A stretch of DNA of 64,000 nt, from contig NC_043008.1 in the NCBI RefSeq assembly GCF_006345805.1, positions 72,664,001-72,728,000 on the forward strand, written 5' to 3'. The DNA is from Octopus sinensis. Its lineage: Eukaryota. The notes beneath the pieces are model-generated. The model did no database searches, was not told where the DNA came from, and saw only the letters and a program-made list of their open reading frames with translations. Below are positions 52,204-64,000 of the stretch, in pieces. The first letter of the stretch is position 1. Every line of letters starts with the position of its first letter. Made by a program: the position numbers and the translations under genes.

Positions 52204-52429
52204 TAAAAAAAGTGCCTATCTGTGATATGGATGGATGCTGACAGCTTTATAAAGAAGTGCCAATCTCTTAAAGTAGATGGAACACATGGAAGTGGAGACC
52301 CAGGAAGACATAGGGCAAAGTATTGAAGAACCTCAAGATACTGAACCTTTCAGATGAGATGACAAAGGACCAAGATGACTGGCACCTTACTGTGCTCAAG
52401 AGGACTTGCACCCCACAGCAGAAGTGATA

Positions 52430-52700
52430 AGGCCCCTTATCCTGGTGAAGACAATTGGCTTTCAAGAGTCCTGTGCCGGTGCCACATAAAAGTACTTGTG
52501 CAGCAACATGTAAAAGCATCCAGCACACTCTGCAAAGAGGTTGGCATTAGGAAGGGCATCAAACCATAAAAACCATGCATTATTAGACTGAAGCCTGGTG
52601 AAGCTCTCCAGCTTGCCAGCTCTGAGCAAACTAGCCAACTCATGCCAACATGGACAACAGAAGACATTAAATGAAGGTGATGATGGTGATGATGATGTGT
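52430..52700 (+). mobile_element. SINE-C
   Basis: gtgccggtgccacataaaa...ggttggcattaggaagggcatc...cattaaatga tail. Confidence 0.75.
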
Positions 52701-52897
52701 GTGTGTGTACGTTGCTTTGTTATTTTGCTTGTGAGACTAATAACCTGGTGTAGAACTCAATGTATATATGTTTCAGAATGAAGAGTTAATTGAGTATAGA
52801 GCGGTAATAAGAAAATGAGATGACAAAGGAACAAACAATCTTCACAGCTGTAAGCTAATGAAGCTCATATGACAATCATTTATTCTATTGTCATCGC

Positions 52898-52899
<2 letters not shown>

Positions 52900-52970
<71 letters not shown>

Positions 52971-52981
52971 TATATATATAT

Positions 52982-53044
<63 letters not shown>

Positions 53045-53121
53045 TGTATATGTACATGTATATGTATATGTCTTCTTTTGTACACAACCTGTCTTCGTCT
53101 TTTGCTTTTTTCGTAAACTTT

Positions 53122-53156
<35 letters not shown>

Positions 53157-53160
53157 CACA
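52900..53160. repeat. (TA)n and (TAGA)n arrays
   Basis: Perfect runs. Confidence 0.95.
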
Positions 53161-53164
53161 TATA

Positions 53165-53298
53165 TAATAAGCACAACGCATCCATAAGAAATTTATCTCA
53201 GATAAAACTGCAATAACTTGCCTGTCATAGGTGTGTGTGTATATATATATTGCAGCTTTATCTGAGGTAAATTTCTTATGGATGTGTTGTGCTTATTA
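53165..53298. repeat. 51-bp inverted repeat hairpin (MITE-like)
   Basis: Arms 53165-53215 and 53248-53298 with about 3 mismatches; an older third arm at ~53575-53622. Confidence 0.8.
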
Positions 53299-53634
53299 AC
53301 ACAGTATATATTGATGAGAAATTAAAATTGTTTTGGAATCAGCTTGAAAAAACACCAGATGCATTGCAGTCTTATCAATGACATGTTCTTGGAGTCAGAC
53401 ATATTTGTGGATGAGATATATCACCTCCAATATAGGTAAAATAAATAAACCATCCACTGATATTGCAAATAGCTGCTGGGCTCAATAAATAATCCAGAGA
53501 AAGCAATTGATGTTGTATTAAATATCTATGTATGTATCATACTCAATGTAGAAACACTATTAACAGGAAAGTTACTGCATTTTTATCTCAGATATAATCT
53601 CATATGGATATTGTGTGTTTAAAAACTCTAGAAG

Positions 53635-55301
53635 GGAGGGTGGGCTAAAATGTTCATAGGCTGACTATGAAGGAGTGATGCTAGAGCTGTGAAAATTTTC
53701 CTGCATTAATTTCAACTTTTCTTATTAATAACAACAATGTTTCTTTCCAGTAATTGAAATCTGACTGTTCAAAGAAGACTTCAAATGAAACTCATAGTAA
53801 CTTCTCCTTAAAAACAAACAAAATTCAGCTTCGTGATGTTACAAAGTACCTGCAGGAAAAGGGTTTTAGTTTGCAAGGACATTCATGTTGACGTAGTTGC
53901 TACAGTAGGGGATGATGTTCTAGCTGTATCAGCTGTGCAAAAGTGGGCATCTGAATTTAGGAGGGGAAGAGGGGGGGGTCTTGAAAATGACCAAAATTCT
54001 GACTGTCCTGCAACTGCCATCACTAAGGAAAACATTGATCATGTTCACCACATAGTGATGGATGACAGGAAATCTATATATATAAAAGAGAGGTTGTGTG
54101 GTGTCTGTCTCCTACAATTTAGATTCCTAACTACTCCCACATTTTGCGGTGCAGTGTAACCAAAAGCGGGTGTCTTATAGTCGTGATTTATATCGAGCCC
54201 TTCTTGGTATTAGCGCATGTCTACGATGAGTCTACGATTTAAAAAAAAAATTTACCATAATTTTTCGCATTTTTAATGCATTTTCGCTTGGTTTATATAA
54301 GGGAAGTAACTCTAAAAATGTATTATTAAATCTCAGAACGTAAAAAGCTATTGTAACACCCCCCTTTGTGGTTAGCCATATTGAGATGGCTATTATACTT
54401 TACATCTCTAAAAATGCTTATATAGTTATTTCCCTTACAAACCCGAGCAATGCCGGGCGATACTGCTAGTTTAATATAAATCAAATAGCCAATACTTTTA
54501 GCATTTTCCATGAAAGAGTTGAAAATATTCTGCACTATGAACATGGCATGATGAAGGATTCTGCTCAGTGTGTGCCACATGTGACACCTGATCAAAAGTG
54601 CAACAGGCTGATCACATCATAGGAAAATCTGATCTAGTTTGAGGTAGATCCAGCTGGTATCCTTGAACATTTCCTAATCTGGGATAAGTGTTGTCTTCAT
54701 CACTTTGAGCCAGAGACAAAGAGTCAATCCATGCAATGGAAACACCCCTCCTCACTTGCTAAAAAAAAGGGATGGTTATGACCTCAGATTTTGGGGGATG
54801 CAAAAGGCATTGTGTTTATTGACTATCTTCAGCAGGACAACACCATTAGTGGAGAGTACTATGTCAACTTCAGGCAGTTATGACAGGCTATGAAGACCAA
54901 TGCCCTGGAAAACAGGAAAGGGGTCTTGTTTCATCAGGACGATGCTCCATTACACAAGTCCTTGGTTTCAATGGCTACTCTGCATGAGTGTGGCTTTGAA
55001 CTGGTTAATCACCCTCCTATTTCTCATGACTTGGCCCCATCTATTATCTGTTCCCCATGATGTAAAAACAATTGGCTGGGAACCAGTATCACTGTGATGA
55101 TCATGATGTCATATCTGCTGTGGATGACTTTTTAAGCAACAAGATGAAAGCTTTTTCACCAAAGGGATCCAGGCATGCAACTCCAATGGAAGAAATGTGT
55201 GTGGACTGTAAAAAGGACTTTGTTGAGAAATAAACCTCATATGGTTACATTCCTTCAAAGTATCTTAGTCAGCCTATGAACTTTACAGTGACCCTTGCAT
55301 A
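53635..55301 (+). mobile_element. Full-length decayed mariner with a nested Helitron
   Basis: TIR core gttcataggctgacta at both ends; VQKWASEFRRGR...LEND and ENIDHVHHIVMDDR transposase motifs. Confidence 0.88.
54073..54469 (+). mobile_element. Non-autonomous Helitron
   Basis: 5' TC, 3' hairpin cccgagcaatgccggg then CTAG, inserted between A and T, splitting the transposase. Confidence 0.85.
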
Positions 55302-55989
55302 TTGGAGGAATGAATCTTTTCAAGGCATTTAGCTAACAGCGAGCATGTCATAGATAGGGCCCAACAGGGCTAAAATGCGTCTCTGTTTGCAAATACAGCA
55401 AGTCCATGAGAGATTTGATCATGGAAACAAAGCACAGAAACTTGCTTGTTAACAATGTATGTTCGTTAAGCATGATACATAAATGTGTGTGTGTGAGTGT
55501 GTGTGTGAAAAGATGCATAGCTTAGTGGTTAAGGTGTTACACTCATGCCTAGTGTTGAGTGTCTACTTTAGCTTGATGCCCTTCTTGTCACCAAACATGA
55601 GCTGCTTCCAGCTAAGATAACATTTTTACAGTCAGATATGTTTTCTATGGAAGACTGGAAATAAATAACATCACTTGTACAACAATGATGTTCATTTACA
55701 ACCATCATATGATATCAGAAAAAGCGTATACACACACACACTGCCAATTTCACATGTAAGGCTTTGGATGACCCAGAGCATTAATAGAGAACACTTGCTC
55801 AAGGTGCCATGTAGTGCCATTGCTCCCAAGCTGAATTCATTTAAGACAATTGACACACCTCATTTGTAATGCTACCCACATATTCTAGCAAGATATTTTT
55901 ATTTTCCTAAACTTCTTTCCGATGGTCAGTTCAGATGATAGGTTCATCTTATCTGCAGCATATTCCACATACCAAACACCAGAAATATT

Positions 55990-56310
55990 GGTTTCAAATT
56001 TTGGCACAAGGCCAGCAGATTTGTTGTGAGGGGCCAAATTGATTACATTCAACCCCAGAGTTCAACTGGCACTTATTTTATCAATCATGAAAGGGAAAGT
56101 AACCTCAGTGGAATTTGAACTAAGAACATGAAGACACGAAATGCCACTAAGCATTTTTCCCAGCATGCTTACAATTCTACTAGCTCACTGCTTTTTAAAG
56201 GATGAAATTCAAAGTTGACTTTAACAGAATTTGAACTCAGAAGGTAAAGAGCTCAAAGAAACTCACCATGAAACATTTTCTACAGCATGCTAGCAACTCT
56301 ACTAGCCTGC
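55990..56310 (-). mobile_element. Two SINE-B copies
   Basis: gaatttgaac(t)..agaa motifs at 56111 and 56228. Confidence 0.65.
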
Positions 56311-57574
56311 TGCCTTAAACAACAAAAATATCAGGACAAAAATTTTAATTCTTGATTTAATTATTTGTTGGACATAATTGGTAGTAATTGTTTTATTCAC
56401 CAAGGATAGATAAAAACAAAATCTACCCAAGGTTGGATATGCACTTGGAATTCCTCTTTTGCTCTCTGTATAGACATAATCATGGTAACAATGATAAATG
56501 AAATGATAATGCTACATAAATAATAATAAGAACATTAATGCTATCAGATAGAAATGAAATGTTGGCTGGGAGTAAATGTTAATGAGAATCTGTTATCAGG
56601 TACAAATTACCTGAGACAGGAGGCTGTGGATATTGTATGTGTTTGTATGTGTGTTTGTACATGTATTTCAAGTGTTTGTGTGTGTGTGTGTGCTTGTATG
56701 TGTATTTCAAGTCACACCCACTCCATGTATTGCCACAATTGCTGATATCTTATCATGTGTGATGTTACTAATTTCCTCATCTTCTTTCTTTGTGATAATA
56801 AATAAAAGATAGGATGTTGTCTGAAATATTATAGACAGGACCCTAAATTATATAGACACATGTATGCATGTATATAATATATTATGTGTGTTTATAAATA
56901 TAGTGGTAATGACGATACATGATATACATATACATACAGTCATATATTCATATATACCCAAGTGTAGTGACATGCATACATATACACTCACTTATACACT
57001 TGTATGCATACACTGAAGTAATAGCAATATAAAATATACACATACATGCAGACACATATATTGACATATGTCCAAGTGCAGTGAAATGCATACTCACACA
57101 AACACTCATATATATGTATTTATGTACATACATACGCACGCGCACACGTGTGTGTGTGTGTGTTTGTATATAAGATTGTGCTCAACCTGTCCAGACTGTT
57201 AATATGCTAATATATTCTTTTCTGCATTCTTCACACCATTATTTCTTTTGAAAGACATGATGAGTTCTATGTAAAGTGATACTCATTTCTCTGTGTCATA
57301 TTTCGTACATTCTCTGTTGCTCTGTCTCTCTGTCTCTCTGTCTCTCTCTCTATTTTGATGTTTATGTGTGTATGTTATCGAGCTGTGTGTCTTCATTGCA
57401 AATGCTATGAAAGGTTTACGTTTCACTTGAATGTACGAAGGAGATCTGAAGTTAATTGAATGGGAAGAATGGGTAAGTGTATGAATAGGTAAGTGTATTG
57501 AACAACAACTGTTTTAAAGAAATCATGAGCTCAAATCCACTGCAGGCACCAATAGTCACCATTATTAAAGACTC

Positions 57575-57898
57575 ATCTTCCATGCCAGCATGGATTGGAC
57601 ACTTTGACAGGTTTAAATGTGTTTAAAGACGGCATCGTACTCCAACATCTGCTTTGGCAGGGTTTCTATAGCTGGATGCCCTTCTCAACACCAACAACTT
57701 TACAGTGTGTACTGGGTGCGTTTTTGAGCCATCTAGCTATGACCATTCTTATTGGTTGGCATTAGGAAGGATATCTAGCTGCAAAAACCATGCAAAAGCT
57801 GACATTAGAGCTTGGTGCAGTCTTCTTACTTGCCAGCTTCTGCTAAACCATCCACCCCATGTCAGTATGGTAAATGGTAATTAAATGATGATGATGGT
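57575..57898. mobile_element. Two SINE-C 3' portions in inverted orientation
   Basis: 57575-57725 (-) and 57750-57898 (+). Confidence 0.65.
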
Positions 57899-59210
57899 GA
57901 CAGTTACCTTCCTGTTTAACAGGCTTTGGTGTAATTTGAGGGAGATTAGGTTTCTTTGTTAAGCATAGGGAGAGACCATATTGGTTCGTTTTGTTAAATT
58001 TCTGCAGAGGATACTTTCTTCTAGATCACTTTAAATCATCCCTGTAGAGGTGGTCAGAGAATGTTATGAATGAGAGATTAGCATCTTATCCAGGGGTTGA
58101 TATGTCTGTCATCCACTTCACAACTTAAAAGTGGACTTAAACTATATAATTAAAAGAAATTGAGGTGAAAGTTCCTATGAGTAGCATGTCCGCATGGCAG
58201 TCATTGAATGTGTGTGTGTGAGTATATATCTATATATGCATATATATGCACACACACACACACACACGCACAGACACACATACACACACATACATGCACA
58301 TACACGCACACACATGCACACACACACACATATATATATATACTCATGCACACACACACACACAGATACCTACATACATACAAAAGTATATACATATACA
58401 AACCTATTCAGGCACAAAACGTCTGTGGCCATGCATTCAAAATCTGGCAGGATAGAATCAGTGTGAAGAATTTACCTATGTTGTCTCTTTATTTCCTCTA
58501 TTGTTTCGTGCAAATTCCGATTTGTTTGAATTGGATATACTAATTGGAATCTGTTAGGTTTGGAAGCTATTTATGGGTGTGACATGATTAGTCAAGAAAC
58601 TGGTTAACGGTTTAAAATGAATTTTTGATTAAAAGATGCATTTTATTGCTGCAAATCTCTTGGGTATTTAAAGAAGAGAAGTTTTGTGTTTTCAATTTGG
58701 TGCCATAATTAGTGAAGATCTTTTCTTTTAATTATATGAACCAGTTTTCTGTAAACTTTGCTGAAACACACACACGTGCTGGCAGAGAAGACATTATTCT
58801 TATAAAAAAAATAAGTTGAAATAAAACTTGGAAAATTCTTACTTTAATTATTTTTTCCATAATAGCATTATACATGATTGGAATAGATTATATAAGTACG
58901 CAAATTTGTGTAATTGCACAAAATTAATCACAATTAATGTTTAATTTAAGATTTCTAATTTAATGCAATACTCTGAAATATGAAACAGAATACATAGATA
59001 ATTTGTTGTTTTTTCCTAAAATACTTTTCCCTTAGAATTATTTGCTACATGTGGAATCATATTTGTTATGGAAGAGCATAATTTGTACACTGTATTTTTA
59101 GAGGGGTAGGGATACTCAGTACCACTTTTAGGGTATTATCTACCTTCTAAAAGATGGCCATTCCTGCAGATAATATTGTCAATATCAGACCCCTTGCATT
59201 GTGAATTTTC

Positions 59211-59545
59211 CTGGCTCAGTGGTTAGAGTGTTGGGCTCACAAACATGAGGTAGTAAGTTCGATTCCCAGATTGGGTTGTGTTGTGTTCTTGGGCAAGATA
59301 CTTTATTTCATGTTGCTCCAGTTCTCTCAGCTGTAGAAATGAGTTGCAATGTCACTAGTGTTAAGCTGTATTGGCTTTTGCCTTTCCTTTGGATAACATC
59401 AGCAGTGTGGAGAGGGGAAGCTGGTATGCACAGGCAACTGCTGGTCTTCTATAAACAGCCTTGCCTGGACTTTGCCTTGGAGGGAAACTTTCTAGGAGCA
59501 ATCCCAAGGTCATTCATGACTGAAGGCAGTCTTTACCCTTTCTAG
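59211..59545 (+). mobile_element. tRNA-derived SINE (family E)
   Basis: TGGCTCAGTGG A-box, GTTCGATTCC B-box, cttgggcaagatactt body. Confidence 0.8.
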
Positions 59546-59689
59546 ACCCTTGCATTATTTGATTATGACAGTTCACACCTTTCACTTGCAATGTCTTCTT
59601 GGTAGCCAACAATTTGATAAAACTGATCAAGGCAGAACAATATGTACTATTTAAATGCCCAACAAAAGAATTTTAGGGATGGAAGAGGT

Positions 59690-60000
59690 AGTAAAGTAGT
59701 TACATCTATCTAGCCCATTGATGTCTAAAAACTCCACAAAATACTTGCTGAGGAGGGGGCAGTACAGTAACTACAACTGTGTTGTGGGGTATGTCTACAT
59801 ATACCACAAAACAGTTGTAGTGGGAGAAGAAACAGGACTGTAGTTACATCTAAATACTCCACTGATGTCTAAATACTTCACAAAAGGGCCACAGTAGGAA
59901 AAAAAGTACTGTAGTTACATCTGCTGACCCCATTAGTGTCTCGATACCCATTAAGGAAAATGTTATATGTGGAGTACATCAGTTACATCCACTTCATTTA
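59690..60000. repeat. Decayed ~70-bp minisatellite
   Basis: tagttacatct...tgatgtctaaa repeated 3-4 times. Confidence 0.55.
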
Positions 60001-60280
60001 AAGATCACTGTTGTTGCTGTGGACTAATTTGCCTCTGTATGCCTATAGTACTTCATTTGCTGATGAATCAAAATATTTAATTGCTGTTTCACAGGATGAA
60101 CTTATTTGCTGTATATGTCATCTTTAGATAAAGGACTTCAAATTAATGCCCTCCTCCCATTTTAAGGTTATCATCATGTTCTACATTGTTCCACCTTGCC
60201 TGCCATTCTCTCTTGGATAAACTTTTCAGTCAGGAATTTTAACTGACACACTGTTCACTGATCTGTATGTATGTGTGTGT

Positions 60281-60346
<66 letters not shown>

Positions 60347-60422
60347 GCACACACATGCACATGTGTGTGCACACATATATATATATATATCTATATGCAT
60401 GTATGTATGTATATATATATTT

Positions 60423-60608
60423 TTTTCTCTGGTAGAGGCCAGTTTATAGGTTACCATGTGTTTCCCGTGCAGAAAAACTTTTCCTCTCCATATTTTAATA
60501 TGGTTTTAGACCATCAGGTCTTGGGGTTTGATGATGTATCATATAATTAAACCCTTTATGAACAAGATACCCAGGGTAACTCCATAAACTGGCCTCTAGC
60601 AGAGAAAA
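60423..60608. repeat. Small inverted-repeat element
   Basis: ttttctctggtagaggccagtttataggttacc / ggtaactccataaactggcctctagcagagaaaa. Confidence 0.7.
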
Positions 60609-60663
60609 TCATATAGACTGCTCTACTTCTTAGTGTGCTTCTCCAGATATATGTTTTAGTAAA

Positions 60664-60724
<61 letters not shown>

Positions 60725-61397
60725 CATAAAAAATAAGCAACAAAAATAACTTCGGTAATTTGGTACAATCGTTTCATGCTACATAATTTTATTAAATATT
60801 TTAAGTATTACGACAGTTTTAAAATGTTGAGCAATCATCAGCCATTTATAGAGGTTTTCCATTAATACATAATTTTCATATCAGTTGATAACATTATAGA
60901 GAAGGTAGATATATAGACAAAGATGTCAATTTAAATTTTAAGAACATTAAGGTAGTAGAGTTTATCTTCCGACTGAAGAATATTCATTAAGTTATTTTGA
61001 ACTGCTAGAAGGTTGGGAAGTATAATCAGTTGAATGAAGACAAAAAGATTTTCTATTTATAGAAATATGGGTGAAATAAATGTCAGAAGGTCTTCATAAA
61101 GAAATTAAGCTAGAGAGGGGGTTGTAATGCCATAGAAGCTGTTACTACTATTTGGCAAACAGATTTTGTATTAGGAAAAGTAGGTCAATGTCAGATGGTC
61201 ACAGTGACCACTTATATATCAAAAAGTTATAGAGAATACAGAGATCCCTTTATACTTATATACTGCAGTTTTATACTTAGCTGGTAGGTGTTGAATATTT
61301 TGATACATTGGATTAAAGGAGAAATTATAAATCTAATATTTATTCATTTTGGAGAAAAATCTATCATTTATTATGAGTAGGCATAATACTCATTAAC

Positions 61398-61465
<68 letters not shown>

Positions 61466-61478
61466 ATATGCATGTATG

Positions 61479-61532
<54 letters not shown>

Positions 61533-61676
61533 CACATATATATATATACAAGTGTATGCATACATTTGCATATATATGTAAATATAAATAAACACATGCA
61601 TATATGTGTAAATACATATATACGGTTATATATTTGTTGTGCAAGATTTTTTATATGAAATCGTTTTTTGAAACAG

Positions 61677-62436
61677 ATATTGTTATATTTCGGAATGGTC
61701 ATTTTGCCAGTTTAGCCAATAAAAACACACGCACTATATATTTGGTGTTACTTTGCTTCAGTGTTATTTATTTTTTACATTAATCTTATTTCGGCCAGAG
61801 TTCTTTCGTCACACTCCTGTGACCGCATCAGTAGTCTTTTGTTTTCTTCTCACTTATTTGTGTCTCTCCTTACTAACCGTCAGCCATTTTGTATTTCTAT
61901 TGTATGTTTTCATTTGTGCATGCTTATATCTCTATGTGTGTCTATGTTTATTTAGTGTGTGTGTGTGGGGGGAATTCCTGTAATATTTGTATCTTCTGTT
62001 TATATACGTTCATGTAATTTGTTGTTGTTGTTGTTGTTGTTTTTGTTTATTCTTATTTTGTTCATGTGTTTACATCCACTTATTATTATCATTACACATG
62101 CTTGTATGGATGTATGTATGTATAACAACAATACTAGTAAATAAACACACACTAAATAAATATAGATGCACATAGAGATATAAGCATGCGCAAATGAAAA
62201 CATACAATAGAAATACAAAATGGCTGACGGTTAGTAAGGAGAGACACAAATAAGAAAGAAGAAAACAAAGGACTACTGATGCAGTCACAGGAGTGTGATG
62301 AAAGAACTCTGGCCGAAATAAGATTAAGATTAATGTAAAAAATAAATAACACTGAAGCAAAGTAACACCAAATATATAATGTGTGTGTTTTTATTGGCTA
62401 AACTGGCAAAATGACCATTCCGAAATATAACAATAT
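61677..62436. mobile_element. ~760-bp foldback element with ~290-bp high-identity arms
   Basis: Arms 61677-61962 and 62145-62436, spacer of about 180 bp, within (TA)n-rich DNA. Confidence 0.9.
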
Positions 62437-62789
62437 ATATATATATACATACATACATACATACATGTATATATATTTATGTATCTGTATATATATATGC
62501 GTACATATATATGTATATATATAGAGGTTATGCGGGGTAATGGTGTCAATAAGACCCAAGGGTATCAGGTAATGCTGAATAAGTGCTATGGACAGACCAT
62601 AGTTAAGCTCCAGGTTTGGTGATTATGAGAATAAGGAGTCCAACGTAGGTCATATATCAGCATGTGTATATATAGAAAACAAATTTTTTCAGAATGAGAT
62701 AAAAAAACCAAAGCTGTGAAGATTTTAGAACATTTATAAATAGGTATATTTATAAATGCTCTAAAATCTTCATAGCCTTTGTTTTTTTA

Positions 62790-62839
62790 TCACACTCTGA
62801 TATATTATATATATACACATATATATGTATATATATGTG

Positions 62840-62897
<58 letters not shown>

Positions 62898-62967
62898 TAA
62901 ATTAGAGACAAAACCACTATTAGGCAAATCAAACAATGAAAAACTTAAGCCAATACATTTATTATTA

Positions 62968-63022
<55 letters not shown>

Positions 63023-63300
63023 TGTGTGTGTGTAAACACATATATATATCTATATGTCTATTATATATATGTATATATATATGTATACTCACACATGCAT
63101 GCACACACACACATACACATATATATATTATATATACACATATGCATGTATATATGTATATTATGTTTGTGTGTGTGTGTAAACATATATATATATATAT
63201 ATGTATATATCTATATGTCTATTATATATATATATATATATTATATATATACTCACACATGCATGCATGCACACACACACACACACATACATACATATAT
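62790..63300. repeat. (TA)n/(CA)n compound tract
   Basis: Dinucleotide runs. Confidence 0.9.
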
Positions 63301-63439
63301 GCTCACTTTGATGTACTCAGTTATTTATAAAACTGACAATCACAGGTCCAGTTGCCCAATATCTATAAAATCAGTGATTTCAGATATTATTTCAGATGTC
63401 ATTTATAATAATATTCTAATATAACATTAAATGAATAGG

Positions 63440-63762
63440 GTGCCAGTGCCACCAAGCATGGTCGATGCCTGTACTGCCCGAGTATGGTCAATGCCAGTGT
63501 CGCCCAAGTATGGTCAATGCCAGTGCTGCCTGAGTGTGGTTGATGCCAATGCCCCTTGACTTGTCCCTGTGCCGGTGGCACATAAAAAGCACCCACTACA
63601 CTCTCTGGGTGGTTGGCTTTAGAAAGGATATACAGCTGTAGAAACCTTGCCAGATCAGATTGGAGCCTGGTGCAGCCTCCTGGCTTGCCAGTCCTCAGTC
63701 AAACCATCCAACCCATGCCAGCATGTAAAGTGGACGTTAAACAATGACGATGATGATGATGA
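63440..63762 (+). mobile_element. SINE-C with a 26-bp internal minisatellite
   Basis: ggtcaatgccagtg.. units 4-5 times, then body and (GAT)n tail. Confidence 0.8.
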
Positions 63763-64000
63763 TGGATGAAGCTCATGGTTTATTCCAATGTTTATTCAGA
63801 AGTAAAAACTGCATTCATGATTGTTTCCAACCCCTCTGAACAGATCAAAAAAAGTAACCCTTTGACCAACTGCCTGGCCCAAACTCCTACAAGATGGAGA
63901 CCACCAAAAAGTCAGTTGGGGAAAGCTGAACTGGCTGTTGGATTAAGCATACCCCTCCCCTACCAAGAAGAACCCAATATCAGGAAGCCTTTGGTCACAA

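Noticed and set aside
59211-59270. tRNA gene (also the heads at 110, 18385 and 24440)
   Set aside because: A/B boxes are present but there is no cloverleaf or 3' acceptor stem; these are SINE heads

Overview
AT-rich, microsatellite-saturated eukaryotic DNA, probably intronic or intergenic. The repeat families resemble those of octopus/coleoid cephalopods; this is inferred from recognition, not from a search. No complete protein-coding gene, rRNA, true tRNA gene or CRISPR array is supported, and most listed ORFs are microsatellite artefacts or transposon remnants. The window is a layered record of mobile elements: R4/Dong-type RLE retrotransposons in (TAA)n tracts, a ~550-bp non-coding element with the same target, RTE, CR1 and Tx1-like LINE fragments, Gypsy remnants, three mariner elements with TIRs, non-autonomous Helitrons, a hAT MITE and several SINE families. 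The most striking signal is a set of type I hammerhead ribozyme (HHR) motifs in three different architectures. (i) A near-intact HHR at 19085-19154 (-) sits in a 466-bp partial-tandem unit downstream of a decayed GIY-YIG endonuclease, i.e. a Penelope-like element. (ii) A 453-bp foldback at 46585-47037 has mirror-image HHRs whose complementary CpG decay reconstructs a canonical core. (iii) A degenerate HHR at 243-282 is fused behind a tRNA-like SINE head. Also notable are several long inverted repeats (potential dsRNA/ADAR substrates), a CpG-rich NRF1/ZNF143/RFX-like promoter candidate enclosed by Helitron termini (~51.3-51.8 kb) and a few isolated candidate exons. Coordinates were read by eye and may be off by a few bases.
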